From an uncultured Candidatus Saccharibacteria bacterium (GTDB lineage: Bacteria > Patescibacteriota > Andersenbacteria > UBA10190), in NCBI GenBank assembly GCA_964610055.1, contig CAZSUC010000001.1:216867-280866 (forward strand): a stretch of DNA of 64,000 nt, written 5' to 3'. Below are positions 39,222-49,149 of this stretch, piece after piece; the stretch's first letter is position 1; each line of letters opens with the position of its first letter. Made by a program: the position numbers and the translations under genes. The notes beneath the pieces are model-generated. The model was not told the DNA's origin and made no database searches. It saw only the letters and a list, made by a program, of their open reading frames with translations.

Positions 39222-39668
39222 ATGGACAATACCACTTCCGAGCATAAAAGTAGCAACAAAGTTCTTTCCGCGGTTCATGCGTTTATTCAGTACAACAATA
39301 AATTTCTCGTTATTAAGCAGGTTGTTACTGAGACTCACGTTTTTTGGGATTTACCCGGTGGCAAAATTATGCATTTAGAAACGCCATATGAAGCACTGCG
39401 TCGTGAAGTTAAGGAGGAAGTTGGCTTAGGCGTAGAAGTGTTTGAGCCTTTAGGAATGTGGTGGTTTTTCCGCGTTAAAGACGGTGACCAGATTGTCTCC
39501 ACGGTTTTCCGCTGCACGACTAATAGTTTTGACGTTAATATTCATAACAATCCTAGTACTGAAGCCATTCAAGATTATCGTTGGATTACACCAGCCGAAT
39601 ACGCTACTGATGAATATCAGGCCTCAGACCCGAGTCTCAAACAACTAATTGGCTCTCTCAAGCTTTAA
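39222..39668 (+). CDS. NUDIX hydrolase
   Basis: Nudix box LPGGKIMHLETPYEALRREVKEEVGL. Confidence 0.8.
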   Translation: MDNTTSEHKSSNKVLSAVHAFIQYNNKFLVIKQVVTETHVFWDLPGGKIMHLETPYEALRREVKEEVGLGVEVFEPLGMWWFFRVKDGDQIVSTVFRCTTNSFDVNIHNNPSTEAIQDYRWITPAEYATDEYQASDPSLKQLIGSLKL

Positions 39669-39680
39669 AATCAAATCTCC

Positions 39681-40793
39681 ATGGCTTTTTTTGCGGAGAT
39701 TTCGGCTTTTGTCTATCAAAAGTTTTTAAAACCGATATTTTTTCTTGTTGATCCTACCGTCACACACGAATACGCACTTATTGCTGGTCGGATAATCAAT
39801 CGCTCTGTAATCTTGCAAAAGATTGTACAAATATTTTGTATATATAAAAACAACAAACTTGAACAGAAGATTTTAGGTCTTACTTTCTTAAATCCAGTCG
39901 GATTATCTGCTGGTTTCGATAAAGATGCTGAGCTAATTAATCTTTGGCCTTCAGTTGGGTTTGGCTTTTCTGAAGTCGGATCTATCACCCTTAATCCTTA
40001 TCCCGGTAATCCCGCACCACAAGCCTATCGTTTGATAAAATCAGGTGGTTTAGTCATAAATTATGGACTTAAAAATCAGGGTATCAAAAAAATAATGCCT
40101 CGTTTATCTGCCTCTTACCCGGCTCATATTCCGCTTAATATCTCTATTGCTAAAACTAATTGCCAAGCTACGGCTGATGAGTCCTACGGAATCAATGATT
40201 ACATCGATACTTTAAAACAAATAAATTCTCAAAAAGTCGGCGATATTTACACGCTTAATATTTCCTGTCCCAATACGTTCGGCGGCGAACCTTTTACTAC
40301 ACCGTCCGCTTTAGACCGACTCTTGACTCAAGTTGCCGACCTGCACATTACAAAACCGATCTTCTTAAAAATGCCAATTGACTTGCCCTGGGAAGAATTT
40401 CGTCAACTTTTAGACATTGCCGTGAAGCATCACATTCAGGGTGTTACTATCGGTAATTTAACTAAACAACGCCATAACCTTAAAGATAATCTGCCTGACC
40501 ATATCCCCGGTGGTATTAGCGGTCTGCCTACTCAGTCCTTATCTAACGATCTCATTAGTCGTACTTACCAACAGTATGGCCAGCAGTTAATTATTATCGG
40601 AGTCGGCGGTATTTTCTCTGCCGACGATGCTTATGAAAAGATTAAACGCGGAGCTTCTTTAGTCGAGCTCATCACCGGCATGATTTTTCAGGGCCCGCAA
40701 CTAATCGGCCAAATAAACGCCGGTCTAGCTCGTAAGCTTCAAGCCGATGGTTATTCACGTCTTAGCGAGGCCATCGGTGCTTATCATCGTTAA
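39681..40793 (+). CDS. pyrD: dihydroorotate dehydrogenase (class 2-like, with N-terminal membrane-association extension)
   Basis: LNPVGLSAGFDKDAE, NISCPNT, the catalytic region GGISG and IGVGGI FMN-binding blocks. Confidence 0.85.
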   Translation: MAFFAEISAFVYQKFLKPIFFLVDPTVTHEYALIAGRIINRSVILQKIVQIFCIYKNNKLEQKILGLTFLNPVGLSAGFDKDAELINLWPSVGFGFSEVGSITLNPYPGNPAPQAYRLIKSGGLVINYGLKNQGIKKIMPRLSASYPAHIPLNISIAKTNCQATADESYGINDYIDTLKQINSQKVGDIYTLNISCPNTFGGEPFTTPSALDRLLTQVADLHITKPIFLKMPIDLPWEEFRQLLDIAVKHHIQGVTIGNLTKQRHNLKDNLPDHIPGGISGLPTQSLSNDLISRTYQQYGQQLIIIGVGGIFSADDAYEKIKRGASLVELITGMIFQGPQLIGQINAGLARKLQADGYSRLSEAIGAYHR

Positions 40794-40796
40794 ATT

Positions 40797-41582
40797 ATGA
40801 TTGGCCTTTTTGATTCTGGACTCGGCGGATTAACCATTCTACGCCAATTAGAACAAGATCTTCCTCAATACGAATACCTTTATCTTGGCGACACTGCTCA
40901 TGCTCCTTATGGTTCTAAAGACGCTGCAGAAATTACACATCTAACATGGCAGGGGGTTGAACAGCTCTTTTCTCAAGGGGCCAAACTAGTCTTATTAGCC
41001 TGCAACACTGCTTCAGCAGTTGCTCTGCGGCATATTCAACAAACAGAATTACCTCAAAAATATCCTGACCGTAATGTTTTAGGTATTATCGTCCCAACCA
41101 TTGAACAAATTACCGGCATTGACTGGAAACATCAAACCCCTATCACCACCACAGTTGCTGACGGGGCTGTTACTATTGGTGTTTTAGCCACTACCGCCAC
41201 CGTGTCTTCTGGTACATACGAACATGAAATTCATAAACGCAATCCTTCTCTAAAAATTATTTCTCAAGCTTGTCCGCAATTAGTTCCTTTAATTGAGTCG
41301 CAGGCTCCGCCAGAAAAAATTTCAGCTGCTATTAAAAAATACTTAAACCAACTTTACGCCCAAGCAGAGAACAACCTATACGCCGTTCTTTTGGGCTGCA
41401 CACATTACGAATTAATTGCCGATTTAATCCAAGATCAACTTCTTCCGTCTATCCGTCTCTATCGTCAGCCGCAAGTCATCTCTCAAAGCCTCAAATCTTA
41501 CTTGCATCGTCACCCTGACCTCGCAACTCCACAGTCTAAACCAGCCCCAACTCGCATTATGCTCACAAAAAAAGCACTGTAA
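40797..41582 (+). CDS. murI: glutamate racemase
   Basis: IGLFDSGLGGLTI N-terminal motif, two catalytic Cys contexts (LACNTAS; LGCTHY). Confidence 0.85.
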   Translation: MIGLFDSGLGGLTILRQLEQDLPQYEYLYLGDTAHAPYGSKDAAEITHLTWQGVEQLFSQGAKLVLLACNTASAVALRHIQQTELPQKYPDRNVLGIIVPTIEQITGIDWKHQTPITTTVADGAVTIGVLATTATVSSGTYEHEIHKRNPSLKIISQACPQLVPLIESQAPPEKISAAIKKYLNQLYAQAENNLYAVLLGCTHYELIADLIQDQLLPSIRLYRQPQVISQSLKSYLHRHPDLATPQSKPAPTRIMLTKKAL

Positions 41583-41624
41583 CATTGGATCGAAACCCAA
41601 AGTTACAGTGCTGGTCACCCTTGC

Positions 41625-42206
41625 CTACTTCGCGAAGTGATGAGAAGACGGTTTGTTCCGGTACCCATACCGTGGTACAGGTTGTGCAGGACGGGCTGTA
41701 CGTTGCGGAATCTCGGTTATAGGCGCCATGCCTTGGAAGACACGGCACAACGGCAATTCAGAGACGATGCCCTTGCGCACTGTCAGCAACGAAGGGTGTT
41801 TGCGTCCATCGTTCGGTGACTTCCGCTTCCATTGGCGCTGCCAATTCTTCGTCTCGGGTGTTGGCGGCGTAAAAATGTAATTCCATAAATAGTAATCCGC
41901 CAGAATGTACAAAATGGAACAGCGGGGAAATCCCGGCTTTCCCTCCACCCGCTCCAACCGCACGCCGAAGTATCCCGCCAATTGAGTATTTGAGGTAATC
42001 GAATCCGGTAACTCCGAATTATTAGCTTGCGGTTTGAACTGGTGGTCAATGGCCTTCCAAAGCAGTTTAGCCTGTTCCAGAGCACAGCCGTATCCAACCA
42101 GCTCCTGAACGAACGCCTCCTGTTCATCAGGAGAATGCGCGTAATGACCCAACCGATCAGCCGCTTGAGTCATTTGGTTCACCAAAACCGGCAGATCCGA
42201 ATACAT
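41625..42206 (-). CDS. hypothetical protein encoded on a high-GC islet
   Basis: 193 aa ORF. The local sequence is visibly GC-richer (mid-50s % by eye) than its neighbours. No motif recognised. Confidence 0.35.
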   Translation of the reverse strand: MYSDLPVLVNQMTQAADRLGHYAHSPDEQEAFVQELVGYGCALEQAKLLWKAIDHQFKPQANNSELPDSITSNTQLAGYFGVRLERVEGKPGFPRCSILYILADYYLWNYIFTPPTPETKNWQRQWKRKSPNDGRKHPSLLTVRKGIVSELPLCRVFQGMAPITEIPQRTARPAQPVPRYGYRNKPSSHHFAK

Positions 42207-42762
42207 TGGTCGTCTCCTAACAAGGTGACAAAGAACAACCCAGCTCGTCCTTCTAAAGATCCATATCTTTAGGCGCTGGTGAGAAAAACTTTTCTCTCAT
42301 CATCCGCCCAAAACTAAAATCTCCTGGGATGAGCCAGGAGATGTGTAATCTAGTTAATATCTTTAAATATTCTTACAAACTTCCTGGCTGAATGCAGATG
42401 AGCGGACATGCAATAGGGTAATAAACCAAGCTGCCATTGCCGCACGGTTATACAAACGCTTAGTTGTGCTATTACCTAACATAAATTCATCATAATGTTT
42501 TTAACATTAGTGTCAAATTAAATTTGACTTAAACGCAATAAATATGTTAAACAATAATCACATGCAATTATTTAGTTACCAAAATAATCAGAAAGTTTCT
42601 ATGCACTTTCGTGCCGGACGTCTTTTGTTTGCCCAAGGTAGCTTAAATAGCCCAATACTCAGATAAATTATTTTTTCTCTAATTAACTACCTTGGCCAAA
42701 CAAAGCCAAGGTAGTTTTGTTTTCGGCCTTATGTACCTTTAACTCAAAAAGGAGCCCACTAA

Positions 42763-43949
42763 TGATCCACGTGAACTACAACATTCCTAAATTGTACTTG
42801 CTGTACGCTTTCCAAAGCATGTCTTTTTGCTCTGGCTTGATCATTCCTTTTGTCATTGCTAACCACGTCACTCTCGATGAATTCTTTTTGCTTCAGTCTC
42901 TTTATTCTTTAGCTGTATTTATCTTAGAAGTGCCATCCGGATACGCGTCAGACATTTGGGGTCGCAAACCAACCATCATGATCTCTGGTCTTGCTGGGAC
43001 AGCTGGCAGTTTTTTGTATGCCTTAGGCACCAATTTTTGGCACTTTCTTGTCGCCGAATTGCTTTTAGCTATTCTTTGGAGTTTCCAATCTGGTACTCTT
43101 GACGCTTTGACTTACGAAACGCATCAAGAACTTAAGCTGAGCAATAGTCATTACGACTATGTTACTCATCGGCAAAAGTTTTTGAACTTTCTGTTTCAAG
43201 CCATTGGATCATTCATGGGAGGAATTGTCGCTTACTTTTTTGGCTTGCGCGTGGCGCTGTTATGTACGGCAGTGAGTTACAGTTTTGTTCCTCTGATCAC
43301 TTGGTCTCTTGTTGAGCCAGCTCGTCATACCCAAAAAGAAGCACAAGCCATCAAGGATATCTGGCGGGTTTGTTACCAAACGTTTCGGTTCAACGTTCCG
43401 CTGCGCAGCATTATCATGCTTTCTAGCGCCCTCGGAACCATGACTATGGGATTGGTTTGGTTGGGACAGGCTTACCAAGACGAGATTCACTTGCCTGTGC
43501 ATTGGTATGGATTCAGCAATACTGCAATCTTAAGCGCTACCGCTTTTGCTGTTTGGTGTTTGCCTAAACTCAAGCAACGTTTAGATGATCGTAAGTTGCT
43601 CATGGGCATTTCCGCAGTGATCCTTTTGAGCTACTTTGCCATCGGTCAAACGCTCTCAGTTTTTGGATTACTGTTCTTCTTGTTAGGTCGAGCTATGTGG
43701 GGCGCTCTGAGTGCTTTAAAAGTTACCATGATGCAACCTCTCATTCCATCGCATCGACGCGCTACAGTACTCTCCTTTGAAAGCTTACTTGGTCGCCTTA
43801 TATTTGCTGCTGCATCTCTGTTTATGGGTGCCTTAGCACAATCGGGCGGAGTGAGTATTACAGCTACTGTCATTGCTACCATTGGTACGATTATTGTAGT
43901 CAGCATCTTTCTCGCCATGCGGCCGATCTGGCGCCAGCTGCCCTCCTAA
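42763..43949 (+). CDS. MFS transporter
   Basis: About 12 predicted TM helices with a G..G.SD.WGRKP-like loop (GYASDIWGRKP) after TM2. The start was moved from the track's 42717 to ATG 42763, which has AAAGGAG 7 nt upstream. Confidence 0.7.
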
Positions 43950-44005
43950 CGAGTTTTGCCTCGGATATTCCTTATCCGAGGCTTTTCTTATGGTAATCTA
44001 AACAT

Positions 44006-44767
44006 ATGGAAACTATTGCGTTTAAACCCGTTCCTCGTCAGCTAGAGGTCGAAATGTTTTATCGTTTCCTCGTCTTAAATAACTGGGGTTGGGATAAAAT
44101 GATTACTAAACAACATCCTGCTTTAAAAGTTGTTAAAACACTTAAAACAAAAACTGATCGTCTAAATTTCATCACTCAATATCTCAATCAATACACTGCT
44201 CAACATCAAAATATTATTCAAACACGATCTGAGCAACACGAAAAAAGTTGGCGTCAAATAGAGGAGAAAATTTTCATTTTATTATCACAAGTTATGGAAA
44301 TCGATTGGCCTCAAAAGCATCCTCCTATCCAAGCCTTCTTTTCTACGCTTCCTATCTGCCCGCGTTTTTTACGCAATTGGTGCTTCTTTATTAACTGGAA
44401 CGTACCAATTAAACGCAGTCGTACAATTATCGCTCATGAAATTACTCATTTTTTGTATTTCACTCAATGGAAAAAAGTTTTTCCCGATTCGCGTAGCCGC
44501 ACCTTTGATTCTCCATACCTAGAATGGCATTTAAGCGAACTTTTAGCCCCGGTTATTCTTAATGATCCTCGCCTTCAAAAAATTCTAAAAAGACCGCAAG
44601 AGACGTATCAAGAATACGATTCCATTAAAATAGGTAAGCGCACAGTTTTTCAGCATTTAACCTCTTCATATAATTCCCATCTCAAACACCAAACATCTTT
44701 TGCTGCTTTCCTGCAAGCAGCCTATGAAGATACCAAACCTCTCAAAAAACAATTAGAAAACATCTAA
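44006..44767 (+). CDS. putative zinc metallopeptidase (HExxH motif)
   Basis: IIAHEITHFLYF contains HEITH, with a downstream E (EWHLSEL) at a position compatible with a gluzincin third ligand. Confidence 0.4.
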   Translation: METIAFKPVPRQLEVEMFYRFLVLNNWGWDKMITKQHPALKVVKTLKTKTDRLNFITQYLNQYTAQHQNIIQTRSEQHEKSWRQIEEKIFILLSQVMEIDWPQKHPPIQAFFSTLPICPRFLRNWCFFINWNVPIKRSRTIIAHEITHFLYFTQWKKVFPDSRSRTFDSPYLEWHLSELLAPVILNDPRLQKILKRPQETYQEYDSIKIGKRTVFQHLTSSYNSHLKHQTSFAAFLQAAYEDTKPLKKQLENI

Positions 44768-44776
44768 ACAATTTCT

Positions 44777-45175
44777 ATGTTAACTAATGTTTCCGCTTTT
44801 ATTTTCAAAGACAATCAAGTCTTAATCGCTCAAAGAGCTGATAATGAAGACTTGCTATTAGGCTATTGGGAATTAGTTGGCGGAGGTGTCGAAACAAATG
44901 AAACTCCAAAGCAAGCGTGCCTTAGAGAGACAAAAGAAGAAGCAGGTATAGATATTGCAATTGGTCGACAATATGGTAATTTCCCTTTTACTCATCCAGA
45001 ACTTGGTCAAATTGATAGCCTTGCTTTTGTTTGTGTTCCCAAATCAAATTCCGCAATCACATTGAGTTTCGAACATCAAAACTATCGTTGGATTACAGCC
45101 GCAGAACTAGGGGATATTAACCCAATGACTGATCGCATGCGTTCTATGATTCTTCAGGGTTTTAATGAAGTTTAG
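44777..45175 (+). CDS. NUDIX hydrolase
   Basis: Nudix box GGGVETNETPKQACLRETKEEAGI. Confidence 0.8.
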   Translation: MLTNVSAFIFKDNQVLIAQRADNEDLLLGYWELVGGGVETNETPKQACLRETKEEAGIDIAIGRQYGNFPFTHPELGQIDSLAFVCVPKSNSAITLSFEHQNYRWITAAELGDINPMTDRMRSMILQGFNEV

Positions 45176-45473
45176 CTTGTAAAACTTCCACATTCCGAAT
45201 AAACTCTTTTTCTAAATCAATTCCATACTCATCTGCTAGCACTAACACGCTCCATAAACAATCTGCTAATTCATGTGCTAAAGCCTCATCCACATTATCA
45301 ATTTTCCTAATACCTTGCTTAGCCAGTATTAATTTCATTAAATCACCTACATCTCCTACGAATCCTTCGGCAATATTTTCCCTAGTCCAATTTTTATTGT
45401 ATGTAATTTTCTCATACTTTCTATATATCTCTCTTAGTTCCAACGCTTTTTCCTTTAATTCGTTAAATTGCAT
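45162..45473 (-). CDS. MazG-like nucleotide pyrophosphohydrolase
   Basis: EEVGDLMKL-like and ELADCLWSVLVLADEYGIDL blocks of the all-alpha MazG/NTP-PPase fold. Confidence 0.7.
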   Translation of the reverse strand: MQFNELKEKALELREIYRKYEKITYNKNWTRENIAEGFVGDVGDLMKLILAKQGIRKIDNVDEALAHELADCLWSVLVLADEYGIDLEKEFIRNVEVLQAKLH

Positions 45474-45504
45474 TATTTTATCTTAAGTAGAGTAAAGTAA
45501 TATT

Positions 45505-46008
45505 ATGCTTAACGTTAAACCTTTCCAGGAGACTTTGCACGGTGGCTATTGTGGTCCAGCAAGCCTAAAAATGGTCTTAAACTATTACGGCCGAGATAAA
45601 AGCGAAGAAGAGATAGCTGTGCAATGCAAACGCGACCCCGATCTTGGCACTACCGATATTGCTCTTAAACAAGTCGCCGAAAACTATGGATTTGAAGTAA
45701 TTATCCAAGATAAAGCCTCGTTTGATGACCTAAAGCACTGGTTAGACCGAAAAGTACCTGTAATCGTTAATTGGTTTACTCGCGGTCGTTCGAACTATTC
45801 AGACTCTGAAGTTCCTGACGGTCATTATTCTGTCGTCATCGGTTTAGACGCTAACAACATCTATCTCCAAGACCCGGAAATAGGGAATATACGCACTATC
45901 AGCCGGGATAATTTCCTAAAAGTATGGTTTGATTTCAAATCCAGCCACATCCAATCATGGGAAGATTTAATCCTCCGGCAAATCATCGCCATTTATCCTA
46001 AAGAGTAA
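45505..46008 (+). CDS. stand-alone peptidase C39-like domain protein
   Basis: HGGYCGPASLKMVLNYYG (catalytic Cys context) plus downstream His (DGHYSVVIG) and Asp (QDPE), typical of the C39/C39-like papain fold. Confidence 0.6.
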   Translation: MLNVKPFQETLHGGYCGPASLKMVLNYYGRDKSEEEIAVQCKRDPDLGTTDIALKQVAENYGFEVIIQDKASFDDLKHWLDRKVPVIVNWFTRGRSNYSDSEVPDGHYSVVIGLDANNIYLQDPEIGNIRTISRDNFLKVWFDFKSSHIQSWEDLILRQIIAIYPKE

Positions 46009-46024
46009 TAAAATTGTTCATCAT

Positions 46025-46420
46025 ATGAAAAAAGAAAGCGTTGGTATTCTGATTACAAATAAAGCCGGAGAATACCTTTTACAAATGCGAGATGGAACCC
46101 CTGGTATTTGCAACCCTTTACGCTGGAACTTTTTTGGCGGTCGACGCAATAATCTCGAAGAAATTATTTCCGGAGCTATGCGTGAGTTATCTGAAGAATT
46201 AGATATTATTGCGAATTCAGAAGAATTCAAAATTCTTGGGGACATTATTTTTCCTGACGGTGAGTTTTACACTCTTACTCAATATTTGAAACCAATAACT
46301 TGGCGCGATTTCAGTGTTAATGAAGGCGCTGGAGCAGCTTTTTTTACGAAGCAAGAGCTAGAACAAATTAACATTACCGAAAAAACCAAACTACTAATCC
46401 ATAAATTTATTATTGGATAA
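46025..46420 (+). CDS. NUDIX hydrolase
   Basis: Nudix box FGGRRNNLEEIISGAMRELSEELDI. Confidence 0.7.
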   Translation: MKKESVGILITNKAGEYLLQMRDGTPGICNPLRWNFFGGRRNNLEEIISGAMRELSEELDIIANSEEFKILGDIIFPDGEFYTLTQYLKPITWRDFSVNEGAGAAFFTKQELEQINITEKTKLLIHKFIIG

Positions 46421-46423
46421 ATA

Positions 46424-46876
46424 ATGTTAACATGCGTTTTTGAAAACGGAGACGAAGCATCACTGCGACATGCAGTCGTGCAAGGAATTGTGCTAAATCA
46501 GGATAACCAACTCATGCTTATTAAGCGGGCAGTCAACTTGATTGAAGGAAGTAAATGGGCCTTACCGGGTGGTTATGTTGAGCGCGATGAAACGCTTCCC
46601 GAAGCTCTTACACGGGAAGTTAAAGAAGAAACTGGTTGGGAAATTAAAAATATAAAACTCATTAGTATTTACGATAATCCTAATCGCCCTCGTGAAGATC
46701 GACAAAACATCGCCTTTAACTACATCTGTCTGGCTACTAAGCAAACCGGTCAACATGACCATGAAGTTACCGCAACGCACTGGTTTTCTTTAACGGATCC
46801 AGTCGTTAAGAACCTCGCTTTTGATCATTCTAATGCAGTCAATGATTTTATTAGCCAAAAAAATATTCGTGACTAA
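46424..46876 (+). CDS. NUDIX hydrolase
   Basis: Nudix box LPGGYVERDETLPEALTREVKEETGW. Confidence 0.8.
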   Translation: MLTCVFENGDEASLRHAVVQGIVLNQDNQLMLIKRAVNLIEGSKWALPGGYVERDETLPEALTREVKEETGWEIKNIKLISIYDNPNRPREDRQNIAFNYICLATKQTGQHDHEVTATHWFSLTDPVVKNLAFDHSNAVNDFISQKNIRD

Positions 46877-46981
46877 AATATGGCAATTGCACCGTTTGGC
46901 CTAATTCAGCAAGCATACCAATTAAAATTTTTAATAAGCACTCCAATAACATTGATCATTTAGTAAACGATATTATTAACT

Positions 46982-47563
46982 ATGCCAAAATCTAAAGAAA
47001 TCAAACCTTGGAAACTAATTAACTCCGAAATGGTTTTAGATGAAAAATGGTACCGTGTTCGTAAAGATACTGTCGAAGTCCGCCCAGATCGAATTATTGA
47101 CGATTACTACATCGGTCTTTTCAATGACATTGTTTTAATCCTTGCTCTTACTCCGGACAATAACGTTCCTCTGGTGCGTCAATATAAACATAGAGCCGGG
47201 GAAATCCTCTTAGAACTCCCGGCTGGTTACATGGATCCAGGCGAAGAACCGCTGCATGCCGCTCAAAGAGAATTGCAAGAAGAAACTGGGTTTACTGCTA
47301 AAGATTGGCAATATTTTGGTTGTTTCATCTCAAACTCCGCTAAATCAAAAGGGAATAATGTTCATATTTTTCTTGCGCGCAACGCTGTTCAAACTCACTC
47401 GCAAAACCTAGATCCTAACGAAGACATCGAAATTGTTACTATTCCTTTTCAAGATGCCATTAAAAAAGCTCTTAATCATGAAATCAAAGGCAGTGATAGT
47501 GTTTTGGCTCTCCTTCTAACTGAAAAACAGAAAAAATCAATTTACCGCCACGCGCAAAAATGA
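46982..47563 (+). CDS. NUDIX hydrolase (ADP-ribose pyrophosphatase-like)
   Basis: Nudix box LPAGYMDPGEEPLHAAQRELQEETGF with an N-terminal NudF-like extension. Confidence 0.8.
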   Translation: MPKSKEIKPWKLINSEMVLDEKWYRVRKDTVEVRPDRIIDDYYIGLFNDIVLILALTPDNNVPLVRQYKHRAGEILLELPAGYMDPGEEPLHAAQRELQEETGFTAKDWQYFGCFISNSAKSKGNNVHIFLARNAVQTHSQNLDPNEDIEIVTIPFQDAIKKALNHEIKGSDSVLALLLTEKQKKSIYRHAQK

Positions 47564-47907
47564 AAGGCGACACCAAGCAATTATAGACTCAGCCAGGTGT
47601 CACAACTCAAATAGACTTCTTTTTCTTCGCGCAAAACACCAAGATTAATCCAGGGACTTCCAACAAATTACAACACTATGAAGGTATCACAGAAGCGCGC
47701 TTTTTCTCAAAAGACAAGATATTTACCGTGATTCGCCAAGGAGATATCACTCATGGTCAAACGTTAACAGGTATCTTTTTAGCGCATTTAAAAGGCAAGA
47801 TTTAAAAACGGATATAATCTAATCATTATTTACTTGCCCAATACAAACGCTTCATTCCCAGCTTTCTTAATTGGCGCAAGCTATCCAATTAATGTTATTT
47901 TAATCTT

Positions 47908-49149
47908 ATGAACGACAATTTATCACAAAAATTAACTGCAACCTCAAACAAGACCGGCGAGCCAAAACCGGTTTTTTTTGACCTCAGTTCTAATGCAGAC
48001 CAATCCAAACTCGAGGATCTGTTAGAAAAAAATCCTCATACAAAAATTGTTGATACGTATGATACGCAGTTGCTCGAATCTTTTGTTCTAGATCATCCAG
48101 CTTTACACATTAATCATCCTGAACGTGATCGTCAGTTTAAAGATTACCGCGATCAGCATTATGGTACCCAAGAAGCTTGGCAAGCCGGTAAATGGGTTTA
48201 TCTTCCTTGGAGACACATCTTGCTCCATATTCTAGACGATGCTTCGTATCAAAAAGTTCGCACCGGGCGTAACCGTAACCTTATTACTGCAGCTGAACAG
48301 GACAAGTTTTATAACAGTACTATCGGTATCGGTGGTCTGTCGGTTGGTAACAGTATCGTACTGGCTATTGTTTTAAGCGGTGGGGGAAAGCATATGAAAT
48401 TGGCTGATCCAGATACTTTGGAACTAACAAATCTTAATCGCATTCGCGGTAGCATATCCGAACTCACTGAGCCAAAAGTATATATGACTGCTCGACAAAT
48501 TTACGAGCTTGATCCTTATGCGGATCTGACTCTCTACACCGACGGGATTACTGAAGACAATATTACTGATTTCTTTACCGGTTTAGATTTGGTTATTGAT
48601 GAAATAGATAATCTAGGAATCAAAATTCGTATCCGTCAGCATGCTCAAAAAAATCGTATCCCAGTAGTGATGGCAGCTGACAATGGAGAAGGAGGCATTT
48701 TAGACGTTGAACGACATGACAAAGAAGACAATATCCCATATTTTCATGGTCGAGCTGGCCAAGACATTGAAGATCGCGTTTTAAATCAACATTTACCTCT
48801 ACCTTTAATTGGTAAGGTAATTTGTGAAGAACTTATTGGCTACGATATGACCGATGAACGAATGCAACAGTCTGTCTTGCAGATTGGCCAAGAAATTCCT
48901 ACTTGGCCTCAATTAGGAGCCGCCGCTCTCTTAAATGGAGTTGCTGTTGCTGGTACCGTTAGGCGTATTTTAAATAATCAGCCCGCCGTTAATGATAGAG
49001 CTGATTTGCGTATGAGTGCTTGGCTTGATCCTTATTACAATGATCCTGAGCAAGCCGAACAACGCCGCCGCAATACCGAAAAATTCGGTAAGGCTTACGA
49101 TCAGAATATCGAACAGTTTCTAAAAATGATGCAAAAGAAACTTAACTAG
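47908..49149 (+). CDS. ThiF/MoeB/E1-like adenylyltransferase family protein with long N-terminal extension
   Basis: Rossmann GxGxxG (IGIGGLSVGNSIVLAI), followed by a DPD...L.NLNR arginine-finger region and a DxxD-like block (LVIDEIDN). Confidence 0.6.
   Translation: MNDNLSQKLTATSNKTGEPKPVFFDLSSNADQSKLEDLLEKNPHTKIVDTYDTQLLESFVLDHPALHINHPERDRQFKDYRDQHYGTQEAWQAGKWVYLPWRHILLHILDDASYQKVRTGRNRNLITAAEQDKFYNSTIGIGGLSVGNSIVLAIVLSGGGKHMKLADPDTLELTNLNRIRGSISELTEPKVYMTARQIYELDPYADLTLYTDGITEDNITDFFTGLDLVIDEIDNLGIKIRIRQHAQKNRIPVVMAADNGEGGILDVERHDKEDNIPYFHGRAGQDIEDRVLNQHLPLPLIGKVICEELIGYDMTDERMQQSVLQIGQEIPTWPQLGAAALLNGVAVAGTVRRILNNQPAVNDRADLRMSAWLDPYYNDPEQAEQRRRNTEKFGKAYDQNIEQFLKMMQKKLN

Noticed and set aside
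41637-42272. Multiple small ORFs on both strands in the high-GC islet
   Set aside because: High GC inflates open frames. Only the longest (41625..42206, minus strand) is kept, at low confidence.
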